Assembly: GCA_942490825.1 (NCBI GenBank)
Contig: CALNYG010000004.1
Span: 116,888-180,887, forward strand
Direction: 5' to 3'
DNA: 64,000 nt
DNA from: Candidatus Moraniibacteriota bacterium
GTDB taxonomy: Bacteria > Patescibacteriota > Minisyncoccia > Moranbacterales > GCA-2747515
Shown here: positions 37,594 to 46,482 of the stretch, in pieces
Layout: each line of letters starts with the position of its first letter
Position numbering within the stretch: the first letter of the stretch is position 1
Position numbers and translations under genes: made by a program
Notes under the pieces: generated by a model
Database searches by the model: none
What the model saw: only the letters and a program-made list of their open reading frames with translations
Told to the model about the DNA's origin: nothing

Positions 37594-38631
37594 TTAAACT
37601 AAGTAATATTTTCCATCTTTCTTCTTTGCTACAGCATTTAAATTAGTTTTAATAGTTGAAGGACTGACCTCTCGAATCTTCAATACGCTCTTCACAATAT
37701 CATTTGCTGTCAAAGCCTCTGCAGAATTTTTCAAAATATTCTTAATCACATCTTCAACAGTTCCCTCAGCATAGCCCCAAGACTCCAGAGCATAGATACC
37801 CCGACCGACCAAAACAAAATTCTTATTCTTAATTAACTCATTATGAACGGTTTGTTCATGAGACTTGCGGTTGCCTTTGTTCAAACCTGCATCATTAATA
37901 GCTTCAGTAATTTCAGAAAAGTGCATCGGTCGCTTTTTTTCTTTCAAAACAATAACTGCTTTTTCTCTCACACCTCTTGGACTAATATCATCCCATTTAA
38001 TCATTCCCCACTTACCAAAGGGATTATAATCAATTTCATTAGATGCTTCTAAATAATTTCGTAAAGAAACTTTACAAACTTCATTGTTCTTTTCTGAAAC
38101 TTTTTCATATAAACTATTGTAATCAAAAGTGTCCTTATGACTTTCAAATATTTTTTTCACTATAATATGCGTTTCATTCCACTGATCAATATCAAAATCC
38201 TTAAAAATAATGACATCTTCCAACACTGGATATTTTTTAAAATTAGCCGAATTTAAATGTTCAGTAATTTCTACAAAAAATCGAATTGATCCTCTTTCAT
38301 AATTGTCATCACCTGCCAAATCATTTAACAAATATTCTCCTACAACAATTCCATTTTTATCTTTAACATAATTTAAAATTTCCTTTTCAGTTAACTGAAA
38401 AAGTTTTTGATTTTTTTGATTGCGAACTTCTCTAATTCCAGAATTTACAATTTGTCTTACTCTTTCTCTACTTACCTCATAATCATCACCGATACCTTGT
38501 AAAGTCATTGATTTTTTATATCCTATACCAAAACGCTTTTTGACGATGTCTTGTGTTCTTTCTGATAGATTTTTCAATACTTCGCTTATTGCAGTGTAAA
38601 AAGTCTTTTCTTGTTTTTCTTGGTTGCTCAT
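37594..38631 (-). CDS. DNA-binding protein with a sigma-70 region-4-like HTH and a C-terminal HARE-HTH-like domain
   Basis: MTLQGIGDDYEVSRERVRQIVNSGIREV (region 4.2-like). The C-terminal part is MHFSEITEAI...FVLVGRGIYAL (RpoE-delta/HARE-HTH-like). Confidence 0.55.
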   Translation of the reverse strand: MSNQEKQEKTFYTAISEVLKNLSERTQDIVKKRFGIGYKKSMTLQGIGDDYEVSRERVRQIVNSGIREVRNQKNQKLFQLTEKEILNYVKDKNGIVVGEYLLNDLAGDDNYERGSIRFFVEITEHLNSANFKKYPVLEDVIIFKDFDIDQWNETHIIVKKIFESHKDTFDYNSLYEKVSEKNNEVCKVSLRNYLEASNEIDYNPFGKWGMIKWDDISPRGVREKAVIVLKEKKRPMHFSEITEAINDAGLNKGNRKSHEQTVHNELIKNKNFVLVGRGIYALESWGYAEGTVEDVIKNILKNSAEALTANDIVKSVLKIREVSPSTIKTNLNAVAKKKDGKYYLV

Positions 38632-38816
38632 ACTTTAAAATTAATGAATTCTATTAAACTATATAATAACAAAATAGCTCTTTTTTGTCAACTGATTTTT
38701 AGCAAACCTTTTATTTTTAGCTTAAAACAAGGATTCTTTGGCATTTTCATCTTTGACTTTATTCTAAAAATATGCGATACTGAAATAATTGAATCAGCTT
38801 AAAACTTTTTAAATTT

Positions 38817-40592
38817 ATGTTTGAAAAAATTAAAAATGAGCCGACTATTTTTCTTTTCAGAAAGATGTGGAAATTTTCTGAAGGCAATCGCAAGAAGGTT
38901 GTTTTGTTTATGGTTTTATTTTTATTTTCAAATTTAGTAGGATTAATAGAACCAATAATTTTAGCAAAATTATTAAATGAAATTCAAAATAATGGAATCG
39001 ATGCAGAAAATATAAAATTTTTAATTTTACTTTCAACATCCTTTATTTGGTTAAGTCTAGCTTTTTGGATTTTTCAAAGCAATGGTCGTATTTTAGAAAG
39101 AACCAATTCATTTATTGTAAGAAAAAAATATAAAGAATATTTATTAAAAAAAGTTTTAGATTTTAATTTAAATTGGCATAGTAACATGGATAGTGGAGAT
39201 ACTATTGATAAAATAAATAAATCTACAACTGGACTTTTTAATTTTTCAGGTACCACTTTTCGTGTTTTGTATATAATCGTTCAAATAATTGGAGTCACTA
39301 TTGCTTTAACATATTTTGATTTAAGAATTGGAATATTCAGTTTATTTAGCACAATTTTTGCATTTTTTATATTATATCAATTTGATAAGCGACTTGTGCC
39401 TCAATATAAAAAACTAAATAAATATGAAAATAAAATTGAAGCAAAAATATTTGATTCAATTTCCAATATAACCAGTGTAATAATTTTGAATATAAAAAAA
39501 AGTGTTTTGAATAATATTTCTAAAAAAATAAATAACCCTTTTATTTTATATAAAAAAAATGTGGTATTAAATGAAAGGAAGTGGTTTACAGCAGACATTT
39601 TATTCAATTTATTGATAGTAATCTTACCATTAACTTTTTACATTTTTAATATTTACAAATATTCTTTAGCAGTTGAAATTGGAACAATTGCTGCTTTAAA
39701 TGCGTATTTAAATAAAATGAGAAATGTATTTTTTAATTTTAGTGGAACTTATGAAGAATTAATCCAAAGAAAAGCCTCTATCCAAAATGCAGACTCAATC
39801 GAAGAAAATTTTAAAAAAAATGAGCAAATTATCAAAAAACCAATTGAAAATTGGAATGAAATTCAAATTACCAATCTAAATTTTTCTTATCAAGAAACTC
39901 AAGGAGAAATCCATTTAAATAATGTAAACATAAATATAAGTTCAGGAGAAAGAATCGCCTTAATCGGAGAATCAGGCTCAGGAAAAACAACATTCCTCAA
40001 AGTGCTCCATGGACTTTACGATAACGCTCAAGCAAAAATATCAGTCGACAACAATCAAAAATCAGAAACAAATTTTGATGATTTAGATCTAAAAACAATG
40101 TTAGTTCCCCAAGAACCAGAACTATTCTCTTCAAGCGTCCGTGAGAATATAACATTCGGATTAGAATACACTCAAGAAGAAATTGAAAAAATGACTAAAT
40201 TAGCCGAATTCAGCGACGTCATAGAAAAACTACCCCAAAAATATGATTCTGTAATAAATGAAAAAGGTGTCAATCTATCAGGCGGACAAAAACAAAGACT
40301 CGCCTTAGCTCGTGCTTTAATATTTGCTCAAGAAAAAAATATAATTCTCTTGGATGAATCCACATCATCAGTCGATCCAGAAACAGAAGTAAAAATTTAC
40401 AAAAATATTTTTAGACATTTTAAAAATAAAACTGTCATTGCTTCTATTCACAAAATTAATTTATTAAAATATTTTGATCGAATCATAATGTTTCAAGATG
40501 GTAAAATTGTTGACTCTGGGACTTTCAACGAATTATTAGAGACAAATGAAAAGTTTAAATCTGACTGGGAAGAATATATCAAGAAAGCATAA
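38817..40592 (+). CDS. ABC transporter, fused permease/ATPase (type I exporter)
   Basis: 6-TM N-terminal half, GESGSGKTT, LSGGQKQRLALARAL and ILLDESTSS. Confidence 0.88.
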   Translation: MFEKIKNEPTIFLFRKMWKFSEGNRKKVVLFMVLFLFSNLVGLIEPIILAKLLNEIQNNGIDAENIKFLILLSTSFIWLSLAFWIFQSNGRILERTNSFIVRKKYKEYLLKKVLDFNLNWHSNMDSGDTIDKINKSTTGLFNFSGTTFRVLYIIVQIIGVTIALTYFDLRIGIFSLFSTIFAFFILYQFDKRLVPQYKKLNKYENKIEAKIFDSISNITSVIILNIKKSVLNNISKKINNPFILYKKNVVLNERKWFTADILFNLLIVILPLTFYIFNIYKYSLAVEIGTIAALNAYLNKMRNVFFNFSGTYEELIQRKASIQNADSIEENFKKNEQIIKKPIENWNEIQITNLNFSYQETQGEIHLNNVNINISSGERIALIGESGSGKTTFLKVLHGLYDNAQAKISVDNNQKSETNFDDLDLKTMLVPQEPELFSSSVRENITFGLEYTQEEIEKMTKLAEFSDVIEKLPQKYDSVINEKGVNLSGGQKQRLALARALIFAQEKNIILLDESTSSVDPETEVKIYKNIFRHFKNKTVIASIHKINLLKYFDRIIMFQDGKIVDSGTFNELLETNEKFKSDWEEYIKKA

Positions 40593-40617
40593 TTTATTTT
40601 CTCAATTCAAAGTAAAT

Positions 40618-40780
40618 AAAGTGCTCGCCGCACGGGCTTTTCTGAACAAGGGGTCATGACCCCTTGTTCAGATTCTAAAAATTTTCTGTCATTCTGAACG
40701 GATTTATTTTTTTCAGAAAAAATATAGTAGTGAAGTCTGCCTATCGGCAGATAGGAATCCCCCACAGAGAATCACAAAAC
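40618..40780 (+). repeat. composite repeat with GC-box copy 5, a 32-nt perfect palindrome, a GTCATTCTGAACG hairpin module and a nested 20-nt mini-palindrome
   Basis: GC-box at 40618-40641. The palindrome TCTGAACAAGGGGTCA|TGACCCCTTGTTCAGA is at 40641-40672. CTGTCATTCTGAACG...GTGAAG[TCTGCCTATCGGCAGATAGG]AATCCCCC has the bracketed insert at 40736-40755. The whole block is colinear with 51077-51201. Confidence 0.9.
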
Positions 40781-40812
40781 AATATTTTTAAAAAACTGAA
40801 AATACTAAAATC

Positions 40813-40841
40813 AAAAAAGCCGACCAAAAGGTCGGCTTTTT
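40813..40841. terminator. bidirectional rho-independent terminator
   Basis: AAAAAAGCCGACC-AAAA-GGTCGGCTTTTT between the convergent ABC and KH genes. Confidence 0.75.
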
Positions 40842-40862
40842 ATCTTTGAAAAATATCAAATA

Positions 40863-41195
40863 CTAGATTTGAATATCATCAACTACTTCACTAAGAGTTT
40901 TCTTCTCACCATCTCTATTTTCTCGACGAGCTGGTCTTTCAGATCCCTCTGGTTCATCAATCTTCAAGTTAACACGAGCGTTGTTTCGAGCACCTACTAC
41001 ACGTAGTAATGTTCGCAAAGCCTTAGCTGTGCTTCCCTCACGACCAATAACCATTCCCATATCAGCTGCGTTTACACCAAGAGTTATCAAAACACCCATT
41101 TCATCAACTGTACGATCAACTTTCACATCGTCAGGATTATCCACTAGCATTTTTACTACCTCTTCGATAAACTTTGCATCTTGTTCTTGTTCCAT
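40863..41195 (-). CDS. KH-domain RNA-binding protein (KhpA/YlqC-like) with a C-terminal extension
   Basis: MVIGREGSTAKALRTLLRVVG (GxxG KH core); 110 aa. Confidence 0.8.
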   Translation of the reverse strand: MEQEQDAKFIEEVVKMLVDNPDDVKVDRTVDEMGVLITLGVNAADMGMVIGREGSTAKALRTLLRVVGARNNARVNLKIDEPEGSERPARRENRDGEKKTLSEVVDDIQI

Positions 41196-41369
41196 ATTTT
41201 TAAAATATAAATTCTTTATTATTTTGGAAAATTGATAACGGCGTTTACGACCTTATCAACGCTGCATGAATATCAATCTTTCTACTTAAAATTATATACT
41301 AAAATTAAACTCCCTGCAAACGCTTTAAAAAATAAAATATATTTGTCACGCAGACTTCAAAAAATAAAT

Positions 41370-42074
41370 TTAAAACATAGTCGCCATTGTAAAAAATAAT
41401 GTCCAGAAAAATCCAAGAACCCTTGAGAAAAAATTGGAAAAAATTGGAATCGATAAAATGAATACAATAAAAAAGATCCCCCATCGCTCTAATGTTATCC
41501 TTGTTTTTGAATCAATATCAACAAAATAAAAAAGTAATTTTGAACCATCTAATGGCGGAACTGGGATTAAATTAAAAACTGCTAAAATTACATTCCAAAA
41601 AATCAACATCACACATATTGAAAATAAAATACTCATTGGTGCACCTGCCACTAAAATTGATAGTTCACTCCAATTACTTAATTGTGAAATAATATCCCAC
41701 TTTATCGCAATAGATAGAGGAGTTAACATTCCTAAAATTGATGCAATCAAAGCTATGGAAAAATTTGTAAATGGACCTGCAAATGCTACTAAAACCTCAC
41801 CCCATTTTCCACCTCGCAACTCATACGGATTGTACGGCACTGGTTTTGCCCATCCGAATGCAAATGCTCCACCTGACATATAAAACATTAATATTGGTAA
41901 AATTATTGAACCAAATGGATCAATATGTTTTATTGGATCTAAAGTTAATCGTCCTGCTAATCTAGCTGTGTGATCACCTAACCACATTGCCATAACTCCA
42001 TGTGCAATTTCATGCAAAATAATACTAAAAAATAATGTTACTAGATAAAATATTATTAAAATAATTTGTTCCAT
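41370..42074 (-). CDS. site-2 protease family (peptidase M50) membrane metalloprotease
   Basis: HEIAHG (HExxH), NLIPVPPLDGSKL, polytopic. Confidence 0.8.
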   Translation of the reverse strand: MEQIILIIFYLVTLFFSIILHEIAHGVMAMWLGDHTARLAGRLTLDPIKHIDPFGSIILPILMFYMSGGAFAFGWAKPVPYNPYELRGGKWGEVLVAFAGPFTNFSIALIASILGMLTPLSIAIKWDIISQLSNWSELSILVAGAPMSILFSICVMLIFWNVILAVFNLIPVPPLDGSKLLFYFVDIDSKTRITLERWGIFFIVFILSIPIFSNFFSRVLGFFWTLFFTMATMF

Positions 42075-42226
42075 AAATGTTTAGTTAAAAAATAAAGATA
42101 AAACTCACCTTCTAAATAATAACATGAATTGATGTAGATTTGTAGATAACTAAATATTTAAATTTACAAAATTTTTATCGCGGTTTTTTTAATATAAAAA
42201 TGTAGCAACACTATATCTCTCAAAAC

Positions 42227-42565
42227 TTAACTTTCCAATAATTTATTTACATCAACCCAATTCCCACTTTCTTTAATAAGCTTAATCAATTCATCAATTA
42301 TCTCTTCTTCAGGAACATTCCTTTTGACCAATTCACTTCAATAATAAAGACTAACCTTTCTTGAAAAGTCTCCAGCATAACCATAATCAGATCCAACCAT
42401 TTTGCCAGGACCATTCATAATACATCCAATCACCGCAATTTTTAAGCCTTTCAATTGACTCATTTTAGCCTTTATTTTTTTAGCTACTAATTCAAAAAAT
42501 ATCAAATAAAGCTCTTCTGCAATAAGAACATAAAATAAACGCTGTCTTTGTGATTTTTCACTGAA
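42227..42565 (-). pseudogene. ispG: remnant of ispG (HMBPP synthase), C-terminal about 110 codons only, with an in-frame TGA
   Basis: The minus-strand translation is ...LKIAVIGCIMNGPGKMVGSDYGYAG...SLYY*SELVKRNVPEEEIIDELIKLIKE. This matches the conserved IspG C-terminus (AVMGCxVNGPGE...LFxKGExVxKVPEEE). The TGA is at 42348-42350 and the upstream frame closes with TAG at ~42566. No N-terminal TIM-barrel part is present. Confidence 0.65.
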
Positions 42566-42725
42566 CTACTTTAAAATTATATAACGTAATAGTTCTCTAC
42601 TTACAGTCAGGATTTTTATAAATTTTATAAGTTAATGCACTAAAATCTAAAAGTAACCAAATGGAATTAAATTTAACTTTTGCTTAAATTTTTCTTAAAA
42701 TAACTTAATTTTAACTAAAATCCAC

Positions 42726-42753
42726 TTGCCCATTTCTCAAAAAACCTTATAAT
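42726..42753 (+). promoter_or_regulatory. sigma-70-like promoter candidate for the sugar dehydrogenase gene
   Basis: TTGCCC-N16-TATAAT, about 50 nt upstream of the ATG at 42803. Confidence 0.4.
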
Positions 42754-42802
42754 TAAATTGTTCATGATTTTACAATCTTAAATTAATAATTTAAAAAATA
42801 AT

Positions 42803-44095
42803 ATGAAAAAAAATAACTTAAAGCAAAAAGAAACAGTTTGCGTTGTTGGCTTAGGGTACGTTGGTCTTCCCCTAGCAGTTCGTGCAAAAGAAAAAGGATA
42901 TAATGTAATTGGTTTAGAATTAGATAAAAAAAAGATTGAATTAATTAATAAAAAACAATCACCAATTGAGGATGAATATCTTTATGAAAATTTACCTAAA
43001 TATTCAATTAAAGCTACCGATGATGCAAAGGAAATAAAAAAAGCAGACATTATTTTAATTTGTGTACCAACTCCCGTTGATAAATATTACAATCCAAATT
43101 TAGAACCTGTTCGAAAATCTTGTGAAATGGTTGCTCAAAATTTAAAAAAAGGAGCTTTAGTAGTTTTAGAATCAACTGTGAATCCTGGAGTTTCTGAGGA
43201 AATCGTTCGTCCAATATTTGAAAGTTTTAAACATAAAGTCGGTTCTGATGTTTTCATTGCTCACTGTCCCGAAAGAATTAATCCCGGAGATCCAAAATGG
43301 AATGTAACTAACATACCTCGTGTAGTAGGAGCTTTCACAAAAAAAGGATTAAAAAAAGCCGTTGACTTTTATGAAGATATAATTGATGGCGAAATTCGAC
43401 CGATGAAACATATTCGCGAAGCTGAAGCTTGCAAAGTTATTGAAAATTCTTTTCGTGATGTAAACATTGCCTTTGTAAATGAATTAGCAAAATCTTTCGA
43501 TGCACTAAATATTGACATTAAAGATGTCATTGATGGAGCAAGTACCAAACCTTTTGCTTTCATGCCTCATTATCCATCTTGTGGAATTGGTGGACATTGC
43601 ATCCCAGTTGATCCTTATTATTTAATCGAGAGAGCTAAACGAGCAGGCTTTGATCATAAATTTTTGCGTACTTCTCGAGCAATTAATAATTCAATGCCAG
43701 AATACACTGTAGAACTTTTACAAGACAGCCTTAACCAAGTAAAATTACCATTAAATGGAACAAATATTGGAATTCTTGGAATTGCCTATAAACCAAATGT
43801 AGATGATGATCGAGAGTCTCCTTATTATGCTATTGTAAAATCTTTAGAAAAACATGGTGCGAGAATTCATTCTTTTGATCCACACATTAAAGAAAAATCT
43901 TCAGTGAAAACTTTGGCGACTTTGCTAAAAAAATCTGATGCTATTATTCTTGTGACTAATCATAAAGAATTTAACGATTTAAATGGAAAAACACTAAAAG
44001 CAAATAAAATTAAAGTTATTATCGATGGTAAAAATGCTTTGGATAAAAAAGATATAGAAAAAAATAGTATTGTTTATAAGGGGATCGGAAGATAA
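42803..44095 (+). CDS. nucleotide-sugar dehydrogenase (UDP-glucose/GDP-mannose dehydrogenase family)
   Basis: Rossmann VCVVGLGYVGLPLA and catalytic Cys GGHCIPVDPYYL; 430 aa. Confidence 0.88.
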   Translation: MKKNNLKQKETVCVVGLGYVGLPLAVRAKEKGYNVIGLELDKKKIELINKKQSPIEDEYLYENLPKYSIKATDDAKEIKKADIILICVPTPVDKYYNPNLEPVRKSCEMVAQNLKKGALVVLESTVNPGVSEEIVRPIFESFKHKVGSDVFIAHCPERINPGDPKWNVTNIPRVVGAFTKKGLKKAVDFYEDIIDGEIRPMKHIREAEACKVIENSFRDVNIAFVNELAKSFDALNIDIKDVIDGASTKPFAFMPHYPSCGIGGHCIPVDPYYLIERAKRAGFDHKFLRTSRAINNSMPEYTVELLQDSLNQVKLPLNGTNIGILGIAYKPNVDDDRESPYYAIVKSLEKHGARIHSFDPHIKEKSSVKTLATLLKKSDAIILVTNHKEFNDLNGKTLKANKIKVIIDGKNALDKKDIEKNSIVYKGIGR

Positions 44096-44122
44096 AACAT
44101 TTAGTTTAAATACTCTCGAATA

Positions 44123-44154
44123 AAAAAACTGCCTTAATTTAAGGCAGTTTTTTA
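44123..44154 (+). terminator. rho-independent terminator
   Basis: AACTGCCTT-AATTT-AAGGCAGTT followed by TTTT. Confidence 0.7.
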
Positions 44155-44267
44155 TTCAAAAATCAATCATATATATTTTAATTTAAAAGATTTATTTTTA
44201 ATTTAAAGATTTTTAAAAAATAATAAGGTAAATTATGAAAATCTCTTTTGCGAAAAATATTAAAAGA

Positions 44268-46361
44268 TTATTTTCTCTTACATTTCCCCATCTTCAATTT
44301 TTTATCACAAACATTTTTCTCTAGATCACGAAAAACCTTTTCTGAAATCAAGCCTTTTTTATAAAAACTTTTTTGACACTCATACTCCTTACTTAAACAA
44401 GATCGTTGTGCAGTTCTAATTCTTTCAGGAATAACCACTTCAGGAAATTGCTCTTCTAATTTCTCTACTTTTTTTTGAGCATTATCATGCCATTCTTGAT
44501 ACCTTTCAATAATTTTATCCAAAATACCCTCCTCTCCAAAAATAGCATGGTGCTCTGCTAACTTTTCTAAATCACTAATAACTTTAAATCCTGCAATTCG
44601 ACGAGCTCTATAATGTTGTAAACGTTCTACAATTTTACTCTTTTGATTTTTCTTAAACAAAAATTTAACAATATCACGAATAATTCCTATAGGAATTTTA
44701 TTGATCCAAGAAATTTGTTGTGGTATTTCTGGAGCGTATTTTATCGGAGACTTCCTTTCTTCTGGTAATTCATTACGATCCAAACGATCCATCTGACGAA
44801 GAATACTTTCATTTAAAGTACAAAATCTATTTTCTGAAATTTCATCCTGTTCCAATAAATTTTGATAACATTTTTTCTCTATTTCTAAAGTGTAATAAGT
44901 CAAAATCTTTTCTATTTCTCGACTAGACTTATTATTTAATTTATTCTGTATTTTTTGCAAATTAACAATAGCCTCATCTTCCGCTGTAGAATATCCCCTC
45001 TCTAAATCTTTAAAAATATCCTCTGAAATATAATCTTGTTCACGAATTTGGTGTAAATACTCCTTAACCTCCTCATCTATTAATATTTCAGCTTCAAATT
45101 TTTGAATCTTTTCTGAGGCAGTAAAATCGATAAATTTAAGCTTCTTCAACAACAATGGAATAGTCATTGCATTAAAAATAAATGTAGCTAAAATAGTTCC
45201 CGCTGTCATCGCTAATAATTCTGAAAAATACTGAAAATCCTCTGGTATCAAAAGAACTGCTGTTGCAGCAATTGCTCCACGAAGACCTCCCCAAAAAACA
45301 ACAGTTTGATATTTAAAAGAAATTTTTTCACATTTACTTCTAAATAAATTTGAAATTAAAAATGAAACAAAAACAGAAATAGGTCTAGCAATTAAAATAA
45401 CCACAAATGCTGAAATTAAAACTAATCTCCAATGAGAAATAAAATCAACTTGAACAAACTTCATTCCTAACAATAGGAAAATCAAAGAGTTTGCCACAAA
45501 TCCCATAAACTCCCAAGTTTCAGTAAAAAGATTTCTCGTTTCAGATGATAATTTTCGCATACCAAAATTACCAACAACCAACCCAGCTGACATTGTAGCT
45601 AATATCCCTGAAACTCCCAAAATACCTTCAGCAAAGATAAAAGTGGCATGAGCCAATATCAAGCTTAAAGTAAGTTGCACGCCCTTTGATTCAGACTTAG
45701 CAATAGCATAAGTAAAAACCCAACCTAATACTAAACCTATTCCTAAACCTTTCATTAAAGAAATAATAAAATTTCCACCTTCATTAATAAATAATTGAGA
45801 ACTCAAAGCAACCGTTCCACCAATGACTACTTTTATAACAAAATTGAAAACTATTAAACCAGTTCCGTCATTTAATAAGCTTTCTCCATCTATCATAGTA
45901 GATAATTTCTTAGGAGTCCTTAATTCCTTAAAGATAGCCAAGACTGCCACTGGATCCGTAGCTGAAATAAGAGCTCCAAACAAAAAAGCTACACCCCAAT
46001 TAATTCCCGTGAAATAATACATCAACCCCGCAACAATACTAGTAGACAAAAACAAGCCAAATGTTGCCATTAAAGCGACCTCACCTAAAACTCCTTTTAA
46101 CTGACGAAAATTTAAATTATAAGCCGACTCAAAAATTAAGGTTGGCAAGAAAATATAAAAAACAACTTCCGGAGAAAATTGAAAATGCTCAAAAATACTA
46201 ATATCAAAATAATCAACCAATAAAGCTAGCATTAATCCACCAAGTAAAAGTCCTACTGAAAAAGCTACTTTTATTTTTTTACATATAGCGTGAACAATTG
46301 TAGCAAAAGTAAGGCTAGAAAAAATTGCGATTGCTCCATATAAAAATTCTGAGTGTTCCAT
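44268..46361 (-). CDS. Na+/H+ (cation:proton) antiporter, CPA1 family, with a long cytoplasmic C-terminal domain
   Basis: About 12 TM helices with LISATDPVAV and ESLLNDG motifs; 697 aa. Confidence 0.8.
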   Translation of the reverse strand: MEHSEFLYGAIAIFSSLTFATIVHAICKKIKVAFSVGLLLGGLMLALLVDYFDISIFEHFQFSPEVVFYIFLPTLIFESAYNLNFRQLKGVLGEVALMATFGLFLSTSIVAGLMYYFTGINWGVAFLFGALISATDPVAVLAIFKELRTPKKLSTMIDGESLLNDGTGLIVFNFVIKVVIGGTVALSSQLFINEGGNFIISLMKGLGIGLVLGWVFTYAIAKSESKGVQLTLSLILAHATFIFAEGILGVSGILATMSAGLVVGNFGMRKLSSETRNLFTETWEFMGFVANSLIFLLLGMKFVQVDFISHWRLVLISAFVVILIARPISVFVSFLISNLFRSKCEKISFKYQTVVFWGGLRGAIAATAVLLIPEDFQYFSELLAMTAGTILATFIFNAMTIPLLLKKLKFIDFTASEKIQKFEAEILIDEEVKEYLHQIREQDYISEDIFKDLERGYSTAEDEAIVNLQKIQNKLNNKSSREIEKILTYYTLEIEKKCYQNLLEQDEISENRFCTLNESILRQMDRLDRNELPEERKSPIKYAPEIPQQISWINKIPIGIIRDIVKFLFKKNQKSKIVERLQHYRARRIAGFKVISDLEKLAEHHAIFGEEGILDKIIERYQEWHDNAQKKVEKLEEQFPEVVIPERIRTAQRSCLSKEYECQKSFYKKGLISEKVFRDLEKNVCDKKLKMGKCKRK

Positions 46362-46482
46362 ATATTATATTATTTTAGTTAAAAACTATTTTTAAATATC
46401 TTAAAATACACTTCAACATACCATAAAAAAAATAAAAAGTCAAGAGAAGCTCCTGACCTTTTATAAAAACAAATCGTATGTT

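Noticed and set aside
42348-42350. In-frame TGA in the ispG fragment as evidence for UGA recoding (code 4 or 25)
   Set aside because: TGA is the stop of the RAYT-like gene (13440-13442) and the SufT-like gene (19941-19943). All long conserved genes are intact under code 11 with no internal TGA. The fragment also lacks its N-terminal two-thirds, so decay is the simpler explanation.
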